From positions 1,610,052 through 1,674,051 of the forward strand of contig CBDCSI010000002.1 in the NCBI GenBank assembly GCA_965221505.1: a DNA stretch of 64,000 nucleotides, given 5' to 3'. Shown here one piece after another: positions 9,941 to 17,664 of this stretch (within the stretch, counting starts at the first letter, position 1; each line of letters opens with the position of its first letter). Below the pieces are notes generated by a model. It was given only the letters and a program-made list of their open reading frames with translations. It was not told the origin of the DNA and did no database searches. This stretch comes from Rhodobacterales bacterium (lineage in GTDB: Bacteria; Pseudomonadota; Alphaproteobacteria; Rhodobacterales; CAZPXZ01). The position numbers were made by a program, and so were the translations under genes.

Positions 9941-10914
9941 CGGCGCCGCTCCTCGAGGTCAGGGACCTCTCGGTCCGGTTTCCGGTCCGGGGCGCGCTTC
10001 CCTGGATTGCGCGGGCGGAGGTGCGGGCGGTCGAACGGGTGAGCCTGGCGCTCCACGCCGGCGAGACGCTCGGCGTCGTCGGCGAAAGCGGTTGCGGCAA
10101 GACGACGCTCGGCGCCGCGATCCTCGGACTGCAGGCGCCGAGCGGCGGGGAGATTCGCTTCGACGGCAAGCGGCTGGCGCCGGACGCGCCGCCGGAAGCG
10201 CGGGACGGCATGCAGGTGATCTTCCAGGATCCCTTCGCGTCGCTCAATCCGCGGCGCAGGGTCTGGAAGAGCGTGGGCGAGCCCCTGCTGGTGCGCGGGG
10301 CGGGCCGGTCCGAGACGCGGGAGCGCGTCGCGGAGATCTTCGCGGCGACGGGCCTGCAGGCGGGCCATCTCGACCGCTTGCCGCACCAGTTCTCCGGCGG
10401 GCAGCGGCAACGCCTCGCCGTCGCCCGGGCGCTGGTGCGCCGCCCCCGGCTGATCGTGTGCGACGAACCGGTCTCCGCGCTCGACGTGTCCGTGCAGTCG
10501 CAGATTCTGAACTTGTTGAACGAATTGCAGCAGGAGTTCCGCCTCTCCTACATCTTCGTCTCGCACGACCTCGCGGTGGTGAAGAACGTCTCCGACCGGA
10601 TCGCGGTCATGTATCTGGGGGAGGTGGTGGAGTCCGCGCCTGCCGAGCGGCTGTTCGCCGCGCCCGCGCATCCCTATACGCGCGCCCTGCTCGATGCGGT
10701 TCCGCGAATCCGGCCGGGCGGCGGACGCCGACGACGGCGGCTTCTGCAGGGCGAGTTGCCGAGTCCGACCCAGCGCTTCGAGGGATGCCCGTTCCGCTCC
10801 CGCTGCCCGATGGCGGCGGAGGTTTGCGCCCATGTGCCGCCGCCGGAAGTCGATCTCGGAGCCGGGCAGACGGCGCGCTGCCATCGGGCCGGAGAGGTCG
10901 AGGCGACCGCGTAG
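9937..10914 (+). CDS. ABC transporter ATP-binding protein (DppF-like).
   Basis: A GTG start at 9937 overlaps the DppD-like gene's stop (GTGA). It has Walker A GESGCGKT, signature FSGGQRQR and Walker B LIVCDEPVSALD. Confidence 0.9.
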   Translation: MTAPLLEVRDLSVRFPVRGALPWIARAEVRAVERVSLALHAGETLGVVGESGCGKTTLGAAILGLQAPSGGEIRFDGKRLAPDAPPEARDGMQVIFQDPFASLNPRRRVWKSVGEPLLVRGAGRSETRERVAEIFAATGLQAGHLDRLPHQFSGGQRQRLAVARALVRRPRLIVCDEPVSALDVSVQSQILNLLNELQQEFRLSYIFVSHDLAVVKNVSDRIAVMYLGEVVESAPAERLFAAPAHPYTRALLDAVPRIRPGGGRRRRRLLQGELPSPTQRFEGCPFRSRCPMAAEVCAHVPPPEVDLGAGQTARCHRAGEVEATA

Positions 10915-10952
10915 GCCTCGCAAGGGGTCGCGGAGGCGGCCGCGTCCCGTCG

Positions 10953-11606
10953 CTACCAGGGCAGCTCCCGTCCGTCCCAGGTCCAGAACCGGCCGTGACG
11001 GCTCTCGTCGAGCCCTGCCATCAGGTCGTAGATCCCCCGGGCGCTCTCTTCCGGCGAAATCGCCGCGTTCGGGCCGCCCATGTCGGTGCGAACCCAGCCC
11101 GGATGGATGACGACGGCCAGGCAACCGGCTTTCCGCCAGCGGGATTCGGCCTCCCGAAACTTGTCGTTCAGCAGCGCCTTGGAGTCGCCGTATTTGCCGA
11201 GGCTGCGGCTGGACCCGCCCCGGGATCCCATCTGGCTGGTGACCAGCCCGATCTTCCCCCGGTCGCTTCTCGCCACCGCCCTGAGCAGCGCTTCGGCGAC
11301 CTCGATCGGCGCTTCGGCGTTGATCCGGTTGACCTGGTCGACGCTCATTCCGTCCCCGTAGACCCCGGCGTTGTGAATCAGCACGTCGACGGCCCCTCCC
11401 GACAGGGCGTCCGAGAGCGCGGCGACCTGCTCCGGTTCCGTGACTTCGAGGCCGTGAACGCGAACGTCTCCCTCGATCTCGCCGAGCGCCCCCGGCTGCG
11501 CGGGCGTTCGGCTGGTCGCGTGCACCCGCCATCCTTCGCGGGCGTATCGTCTGGCGAGCGCAAGGCCGATCCCCCGGCTCGCGCCCACGATCGTCGCTGT
11601 CGGCAT
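10953..11606 (-). CDS. SDR family oxidoreductase.
   Basis: ORF 10953..11966 was trimmed to the ATG at 11606, which follows a GGAGGAG ribosome-binding site. It has the motifs IVGASRGIGLA, HNAGV and YGDSK. Confidence 0.85.
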   Translation of the reverse strand: MPTATIVGASRGIGLALARRYAREGWRVHATSRTPAQPGALGEIEGDVRVHGLEVTEPEQVAALSDALSGGAVDVLIHNAGVYGDGMSVDQVNRINAEAPIEVAEALLRAVARSDRGKIGLVTSQMGSRGGSSRSLGKYGDSKALLNDKFREAESRWRKAGCLAVVIHPGWVRTDMGGPNAAISPEESARGIYDLMAGLDESRHGRFWTWDGRELPW

Positions 11607-11660
11607 GCCTCTCCTCCGCCAGCCTGTCGGCGCGGTTGCGCCGGTCCCCCATTCATTATC

Positions 11661-12497
11661 ATGTCCCGAGAGGAATTGTTCGGGGAGGCCCTGATGCGCT
11701 TCCTTCCGCAACCTGAAATCGCGCCCCGCGCTGCCGGGGCTGTGGCCGCGGGAATAGAGTTGGCGAGCCGGCGCGGGTTTCTCGCGGCTGCCGGCGCTTG
11801 TCTCCTGGCCGCTCCCGCACCGGTCCGGGCGGCCGACGATTTTGCGGCCATGCGCCGGGAGATGATCGAGGCGATCCGGCGGACGACCGCGCAGACGGCG
11901 GAGAGCACCGGCGTTCCCGAAATCGACTCCGAAGTCCTCGCCGCGATCGGCCGCGTACCGCGGCACGAGTTCGTGCCTCCGGACTTGGCCTGGGAGGCCT
12001 ACCGGAACCGTCCGTTGCCGATCGGCTACGGACAGACGATTTCACAGCCCTATATCGTGGCGCTGATGACGCATCTTCTCGGGCTGGAGCCGCATCACCG
12101 GGCGCTGGAAGTGGGCGCCGGCTCGGGATACCAGGCGGCGGTGCTGGCCGAACTCGTCGACGAGGTGCGGACGATCGAGATCGTGCCAGAGCTGGCCCGG
12201 CAGGCGGAAGCGCGGCTGCCCGCGCTTGGCTACGGAAACGTCGAAGTCCGTCTCGGCGACGGCTATCACGGATGGGAAGACGCCGCGCCGTATCACGCAG
12301 TCATCGTCACCGCCGCAGCCTCCCACGTGCCGCCGCCGCTGGTCGCCCAGCTCGCGCCGGGCGGGGTGCTGGTCATTCCCGTCGGACCGCCGTTCTCCGT
12401 GCAGATGCTGCTCCTGGTGCGGAAGGAGGAGGGCGATGCGGTCCGGGTGCGCCAGATATTGCCGGTCCGGTTCGTGCCGTTGACGGGAGGGCACTGA
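11661..12497 (+). CDS. pcm: Protein-L-isoaspartate O-methyltransferase with an N-terminal Tat-like signal.
   Basis: It has the Pcm motifs QTISQPYIVALM and LEVGAGSGYQAAVLA. The N-terminus carries SRRGFLAAAGACLLAAPAPVRA. The start could be 11661 or 11694. Confidence 0.9.
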   Translation: MSREELFGEALMRFLPQPEIAPRAAGAVAAGIELASRRGFLAAAGACLLAAPAPVRAADDFAAMRREMIEAIRRTTAQTAESTGVPEIDSEVLAAIGRVPRHEFVPPDLAWEAYRNRPLPIGYGQTISQPYIVALMTHLLGLEPHHRALEVGAGSGYQAAVLAELVDEVRTIEIVPELARQAEARLPALGYGNVEVRLGDGYHGWEDAAPYHAVIVTAAASHVPPPLVAQLAPGGVLVIPVGPPFSVQMLLLVRKEEGDAVRVRQILPVRFVPLTGGH

Positions 12498-12619
12498 GGA
12501 GAAAACAGAGAGGCGGCAGAACCAAATTCGTTCTCTGGATGGAAAAATGGCCGCTTGCGTTCGCTTCTAGCCCATTACTTGTAAGAGAGCCGGGCCGCAT
12601 CAATAGAAGAAGAACGACC

Positions 12620-13882
12620 ATGACACAGCGCAAACCAAAGCTGCTCGTGATCCTGGGAGCAGGCAGCTCCATGCCCTTCGGCTTCCCGTCTGTCCAGGAA
12701 GTTGGTCAACTCATGAAGAAGTGGAGCGAGGAGTGGACGGCAAGTCAGCCCAATCCCGATCATGCGGACGTATTCAATAGGCTTTGGGACATGTCCGACG
12801 AATACTATGGACAGAATTCTTATGGCCTTCGGACCAATTATGAGCGGGTCCTCGGAGAAATGACGACCCTCGCAAACGGGCTAATATCAAACCCCTTCGG
12901 CAGTCCGCTCTTCGACGCGCTAACGCGGAATCCAACTCATGCTCCCATTGAATTGAACGACGACGAAACCGACGAGTTCGCCAGCTTCAAGGTGATCCTG
13001 CGTCAGCGTGAGCACCTATTGGAAAAGCTGGCAACTCACATGCGAGGGCTCTGCAAGACTGGGAGCAGTACTGCGGGTGGTGACAAGCGCTTCACCGACT
13101 TTCTTGCAGCATTACGAGAGAATTACGACGTTGGCATTTACAACTTGAATTACGACACGGTTGCTAGAACCTCTTGGCCACGGGCGTTCAATGGCTTCGG
13201 TCCCGACGGACACTTTGACCCGTTCAGGGTCGTCAAGCGAGAAAACTGGGGGTTTATATATCAACCTCATGGAAGCGTTCACCATTGTATCAGTCGCCCA
13301 AGGACGAGACAACGGATAGTTTGGAAAGACGATCTTGAGGGAACTTTCTCTGATCGCGCCTATTCTTCGACTGACCTGTCATACGACTTAGGCTCGATGC
13401 CTTTGACAACGTTAATCTCAGGTGGCTACAAATTAAATCAACTGTTGAAGGATCCGTATCTCACGTTTCATTCGACACTGACACAACACGCACGCGTCGC
13501 TGACGCAGTTCTGATAGCTGGATACGGATTTGGAGATCTGCACGTAAATCAAGCTCTCCGGAACAGGTTCACGCTACCCGACGATTATATGAATCCACAC
13601 CCGAAGGTATGTATAATTGAGATGTCTTGCCCGACAAGGTATACAACCAATCGTCTTGAACCCTTTGACATGTGGTCAAGGCAAGTCAAGGATTCAACGC
13701 AGACTTCATTTCGTCGCGGCAACGCACCTTCGCTAAAGCAGGATCGAGGAACACTGGCGAGTATCATGAAGGCGAAGGAGTTCGAATTTGGCCAGGAGGA
13801 CCGTGTTGCAATTTGGCATAACGGCTTGTGCGAAGCGTTTGACGCAGTCGACAAGATTATCGATTTCTTGACGAGCGATTAA
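12620..13882 (+). CDS. SIR2-like (SIR2_2 type) domain protein with an unrecognised ~130-aa C-terminal region; candidate NAD+-consuming defence effector.
   Basis: It has an N-terminal LLVILGAGSS dinucleotide-binding loop, plus the motifs YNLNYDT (catalytic Asn), YQPHGSVHH (catalytic His) and LIAGYGFGDLHVN. The DNA is visibly AT-richer than its flanks. An alternative in-frame ATG lies at 12539. Confidence 0.8.
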   Translation: MTQRKPKLLVILGAGSSMPFGFPSVQEVGQLMKKWSEEWTASQPNPDHADVFNRLWDMSDEYYGQNSYGLRTNYERVLGEMTTLANGLISNPFGSPLFDALTRNPTHAPIELNDDETDEFASFKVILRQREHLLEKLATHMRGLCKTGSSTAGGDKRFTDFLAALRENYDVGIYNLNYDTVARTSWPRAFNGFGPDGHFDPFRVVKRENWGFIYQPHGSVHHCISRPRTRQRIVWKDDLEGTFSDRAYSSTDLSYDLGSMPLTTLISGGYKLNQLLKDPYLTFHSTLTQHARVADAVLIAGYGFGDLHVNQALRNRFTLPDDYMNPHPKVCIIEMSCPTRYTTNRLEPFDMWSRQVKDSTQTSFRRGNAPSLKQDRGTLASIMKAKEFEFGQEDRVAIWHNGLCEAFDAVDKIIDFLTSD

Positions 13883-14016
13883 CAGAATACGATCGGCAGG
13901 GAGTCCCTTGTGGGGCCAGCGCCGGATGCTCCAGGAATGCGCCTGCGGGAGAAGTCGGTGGGACGACGGATCCAGTGGCCATTGAGTAAGTCAACCCTTC
14001 TTCACATCCGTTCAGG

Positions 14017-14934
14017 CTACGGTCCGTGTGCAAATTCGTTCCAAATGTCTACGAGTCTCAGCGTGTTCGCTCCGTGGTTGGGCCATGCGATGCGGACCGC
14101 GTCCCGAAGCGACGCGGTGTCGCACGGCAGTTCCCGGAGCGCATAGTGCAGCAAACGAGGCGCAAGTTCGGAGGATTCCGGCATGGGCCGCAAGACGGTG
14201 TCTGCCACTTCGTCCGCGCTCATCGTCTCCCGATCTGCGCAAACCAGCGCCTGCAATACGGCCTGCAGATCGCCACGACCTGCTCGTTCCTTCGGACACA
14301 TTCGCGCCAAGTCGCCAAATATGTACTCGAACTGCGACAAATAGGGCTCGAACGATGGGGGAGCCTTGCGGAGGGCTGAGAGACTCCGCGGTGCCGTCCA
14401 CGAGTCTTTTCCACGATAGAGCACGAGGCCGAGAACCACGCTTGGAACGTATTCGCCTGACGTCGTGTCATTCGATGCCTCTTGGTCCCCGATTCTCGAC
14501 GCCGTCAAATACGAAGTGAACGCTATATCTTCCACGACGGTCGACACGAACTCGGTCAGGAAATACAGATAGCGCCGCGGTTGTCCCGGTTTAACTGCGA
14601 CACGCCATAGCCGTGCCGTGCGGTCAGGCCGGAATTTGTCGTCGGGAATACGGCCATCGAGCGATTCGGGCAGCGCGTCGGCAAGAATCGCCAGAATCTC
14701 CTGAGGAAGGAACGACCACAGCAGGTCTCGTGCGCGCGCCGGGTCGTCGGTCGCTGCAGAAAAAAGCGCAAAATGCGACCGGTGCCGCTCCTGCAGATTG
14801 CGCGGCTCGGCGTCCGAGGCCGGGCATTCCTGCGAATTGCGAGCCGATCGGGTACTCGCCGCCGCCGTATGTAGCATTCCTGTTCTCCTGCGTGACAGAC
14901 CCGCCAGCGTCGCGCGCATCGGATCGGTCGGCAT
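14017..14934 (-). CDS. Rpn/YhgA-like (PD-(D/E)XK, Transposase_31) family protein with a degenerate active site; the start is uncertain.
   Basis: The C-terminal ~300 aa of ORF 14017..15474 is collinear with E. coli RpnA (motifs recalled from memory). HRSHFALFS corresponds to HDAVFKQFL, TARLWRV to YSDVLYSL, YLYFLTEFVS to IHVLIEHQS, and VPSVVLGLVLYRG to LPLVIPVLFYHG. Candidate starts are at 14934, 14919 and 14877. Confidence 0.55.
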   Translation of the reverse strand: MPTDPMRATLAGLSRRRTGMLHTAAASTRSARNSQECPASDAEPRNLQERHRSHFALFSAATDDPARARDLLWSFLPQEILAILADALPESLDGRIPDDKFRPDRTARLWRVAVKPGQPRRYLYFLTEFVSTVVEDIAFTSYLTASRIGDQEASNDTTSGEYVPSVVLGLVLYRGKDSWTAPRSLSALRKAPPSFEPYLSQFEYIFGDLARMCPKERAGRGDLQAVLQALVCADRETMSADEVADTVLRPMPESSELAPRLLHYALRELPCDTASLRDAVRIAWPNHGANTLRLVDIWNEFAHGP

Positions 14935-15741
14935 GTGTAGCCCCATTGCTGCCCGAAGCGCAAGCGACGGGAAGTGCCCGGGAGCGTAAACCTCGGTCAC
15001 GCCTGCAAGAACGGACGGGCGCTCGCGTGTGGATGAGCGCGGCGCGCTAAACAGAACTCGTCCACCGCGCGATTCTGGAGTGTCTCGTTCGCGGCCAAGG
15101 GCATGCCGAATCGGGCGCTCGCTCCCGATTCGGGGGCGCTCGGACGGCCGATTCGGCCCGTGCGGAGCGGTCCCTGAAGAGCGCGTCGGAATGGCTCGCT
15201 TGCGCCAGGCCGGACGTGTCCGGCCATTGAACGAGGCCCTGCGACATCCCGGTACGCGATTCGTGCGTCGATCCGAAAGCGCCCTGTCGTTTGTCAACCG
15301 TGGGATTCCGTGACGCTCCGGCGCCGCGCTGCACGATGACTCCGCCCCGGCGACGGTGCTGCACCCGAGCGGCAGAGGAGGACAGGCGTCGATCGACGCC
15401 CGGGCGCCCAGAGACGGCCGCAGGTCGCCTATCGGCCGAAGGCGTTCGCGTTGGGGGAAGCCATGGCGAGACATCTCGGACCCATCGGCAGGAATCGCGC
15501 CTTCTCTACGGAACGACCGGATACTGCGGCCGGAATTCTGCGGTGTCCTTTACCTGAAGGGTCTTGGTCCCGGGATACTGCCCCCGGGATTGGCTGAGCG
15601 GCCCTGAACCCTGAACCGAAGCGTATCCGTGAGACGGTGCCAGATGAGAGGGAGAACGCCAGTCACCCTCCCGCAAGCGTCTCCTGTTCCTGGAGCCTCG
15701 ATTGCGCGCCGGTCGATCAGACGCCCCGCCGGCCTGCCGAG

Positions 15742-15876
15742 TCAGTGCCAATTCGCGCGTGTCGTCAATGACAGCGAGCGCTCTGCGTGCCCGTCAACGA
15801 GAAGATGCGGGTCTTCATCGAGGCGAACGATGCGAACGATGCGATTCCGGACAAAGCGGGATGACGTCAGAATCAG
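15742..15876 (-). pseudogene. Decayed 5' remnant of a second copy of the 16314..17033 membrane-protein gene.
   Basis: The minus-strand translation LILTSSRFVRNRIVRIVRLDEDPHLL..SLSLTTRAN aligns with MFLSCSKYTKDRIRRLDGYYALF..GIGLTTVTA of the intact copy. The ATG is replaced by CTG, there is a 9-bp tandem duplication at 15823-15840, and a stop lies at 15742-15744. Confidence 0.45.
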
Positions 15877-15913
15877 TCGCCCGAAGTAGGCAGTCTCCAC
15901 GGCGTCTCCAGCC

Positions 15914-16120
15914 TCATCGGTCGACGGGGCTCCGGGGGGATCCTTCCGTTCTCTTCAGGCCGAGATGGACAGCCAGGCGATCCGCGCGCCGCAGTTGCTC
16001 CCGGACGACGGGATCCCGGAACAACTCGTCCGGTTTGACGTAGATGTTGCCCTTGCTGCCCATATAGACTCTTCTCCGCTGCAGAGGTTGCTTCTCGTCT
16101 CTATCCCTGGATTGCGTCAC
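15914..16120 (-). CDS. Small basic hypothetical protein, paralog of 17093..17296.
   Basis: This is a 68-aa ORF with a GTG start. An internal ATG at 16063 with a GGAGAAG ribosome-binding site would give 49 aa. About 28 of 47 aligned residues are identical to the 17093..17296 product (core KG..YVKP.ELFRDP..RE.L..ADRLA..LGL). Confidence 0.55.
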   Translation of the reverse strand: MTQSRDRDEKQPLQRRRVYMGSKGNIYVKPDELFRDPVVREQLRRADRLAVHLGLKRTEGSPRSPVDR

Positions 16121-16313
16121 GACAGTCTGTATCCTATGCCTCGAGCCGGATCTATTGATGCAACAGATATCACAATCGACCCGAGAATCCTAGTCGTTCG
16201 ATATCCGAGTAGCGTGAAAGCGGCCGTCGCAGCGGCTCTCGGCAGCTCTGCGCGGGGCTTCGGCATCCGGGACATGGAGTGGAGACTCAAGCAGAAGCAC
16301 CCGATGCGATACG

Positions 16314-17033
16314 CTACTCGCTAACGGGTTCACGGTGTGTGTTCTCTTGATCGTGCGCACGGACACGGGACCCCCGGTTCAGTTGCTCGTAGACGTCGGG
16401 ATCAAACGGTCGTGCGAACACCACCTCACTCGAGGGGACGGTAATTCGGAAGTCTGCGTCGGAACGGTCCCGAGTGACATCCCGACTGTGAACCAGCCGA
16501 GCAATATCGTCTCCGTAGTAACGGGTTAGATGCAATTCGCGCGTATTCTTGCAACGGTAACCGCTGAACAACGGAACCAATTTGAAATCGGGTTCCCCGG
16601 TGGCATGCGTGTACGACGTTCTCGTAGGATGCCCGACATACGACTTTCCGCTGCGGAGATACAACTCGACGCACCGGCCGTCTTCTATCGCTTCCCCTAA
16701 CAACACCTCGATAAGATCGCAGTTCTCCTCTGCAACGGCCTTCCAATGTCTCCGTCGGTATCTGACTGCTGCAGGAAGGATGTTTAGTGCCCCAGCAAGA
16801 ATGAGCCCCGTCGGGACCTTGAGCACCGAGAGGAAGTTTGTGCTGCTATCGGCAGTAGGCAGCCGAGATTCTCGCATTGCTGCCAAAAGTCCGTCAACTG
16901 GAACTATAGCGGAGACCAGAAGGGCGGTAACGGTGGTTAGCCCGATTCCCGCCAACCCACACGCAAAGAGAGCGTAATATCCGTCCAGACGACGAATTCG
17001 ATCCTTGGTGTATTTCGAGCAAGACAGGAACAA
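16314..17033 (-). CDS. Hypothetical membrane protein (2 predicted TM helices plus a ~140-aa soluble C-terminal domain).
   Basis: This 239-aa ORF lies in AT-richer DNA. It has hydrophobic segments YYALFACGLAGIGLTTVTALLVSAIV and FLSVLKVPTGLILAGALNILPAAV. I did not recognise the family. Confidence 0.7.
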   Translation of the reverse strand: MFLSCSKYTKDRIRRLDGYYALFACGLAGIGLTTVTALLVSAIVPVDGLLAAMRESRLPTADSSTNFLSVLKVPTGLILAGALNILPAAVRYRRRHWKAVAEENCDLIEVLLGEAIEDGRCVELYLRSGKSYVGHPTRTSYTHATGEPDFKLVPLFSGYRCKNTRELHLTRYYGDDIARLVHSRDVTRDRSDADFRITVPSSEVVFARPFDPDVYEQLNRGSRVRAHDQENTHREPVSE

Positions 17034-17092
17034 GTACCCGCTGAGGGCGAATACTACGACGTCTCCGAGGCTAATTGATTCACGCGGCCATT

Positions 17093-17296
17093 CTACGACT
17101 TATCAGTCTTCCGAAGGCCTAGACGCTCCGCCAGGCGATCCGCGCTCTTCAGTCTCTCCCGGATTTCGGGATCACGAAACAACTCCCCCGGCTTGACGTA
17201 GAGAGTTCCCTTTCTTCCAATGTGGACAGTCCTACGCTTGGCGGGAGGCTCACTACCAAGACTTCGGCCGACGCTGGCTCCTTCTTGTCTTGTCAC
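17093..17296 (-). CDS. Small basic hypothetical protein, paralog of 15914..16120.
   Basis: This is a 67-aa ORF with a GTG start at 17296, preceded by a strong ribosome-binding site (AGGAGGGAGAGA-GTG). It lies 59 nt upstream of the membrane-protein gene. Confidence 0.62.
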   Translation of the reverse strand: MTRQEGASVGRSLGSEPPAKRRTVHIGRKGTLYVKPGELFRDPEIRERLKSADRLAERLGLRKTDKS

Positions 17297-17664
17297 TCTC
17301 TCCCTCCTGATCCGAGAAAAGGACCTTGCGTGTATTACGAGAATACCACTTTCCGATAGCGTTGTCTAGTGTCTCGTCGTGTGTAGGCGTTGTGCACGAT
17401 TCTAGTCAGGGTCATCTCGCGCAGGGGTAGACGGTTAACGAAGGACAGATTGCCGGAGATTTGTTGCGTTGAGACTAAAGACATGTCAATATTTTGTATG
17501 GACTGTCGGGCGCAATACAGCTGTTGAATCCCGAACTTGCTTGAGCAAGGTGTTTCGGGCTATTTCGGCGCTTGGTTGTCGTTTCGTGCCGGATTGCGCC
17601 GACGGTTTTCGTTCTGCGGGTCGGAGTTCGGTCGGGAGAGTTCCGGTTTCGGTCGTGGTTTGAG

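Noticed and set aside
12498-12619. A search for a tRNA/tmRNA gene or att-like direct repeats at the island borders (12.5 kb, 22.1-22.3 kb, 29.7 kb, 32.2-32.7 kb).
   Set aside because: No cloverleaf-compatible sequence was found. The GGTTCAATC word at about 32633 lacks complementary T-arm stems. Only chance-level 8-mers are shared between the borders.
14935-15474. The N-terminal ~180 codons of the 485-aa ORF containing the Rpn-like region.
   Set aside because: The sequence is Arg/Pro/Ser-rich and low-complexity, with no similarity to the Rpn N-terminus. The Rpn-like homology starts only after residue ~230, so the likely start is an internal Met.
17469-17663. A 64-aa ORF downstream of the Toprim gene.
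   Set aside because: It has no ribosome-binding site, a Cys/Arg-rich product and no recognisable motif. It lies in the region carrying the candidate transposon-end repeats.
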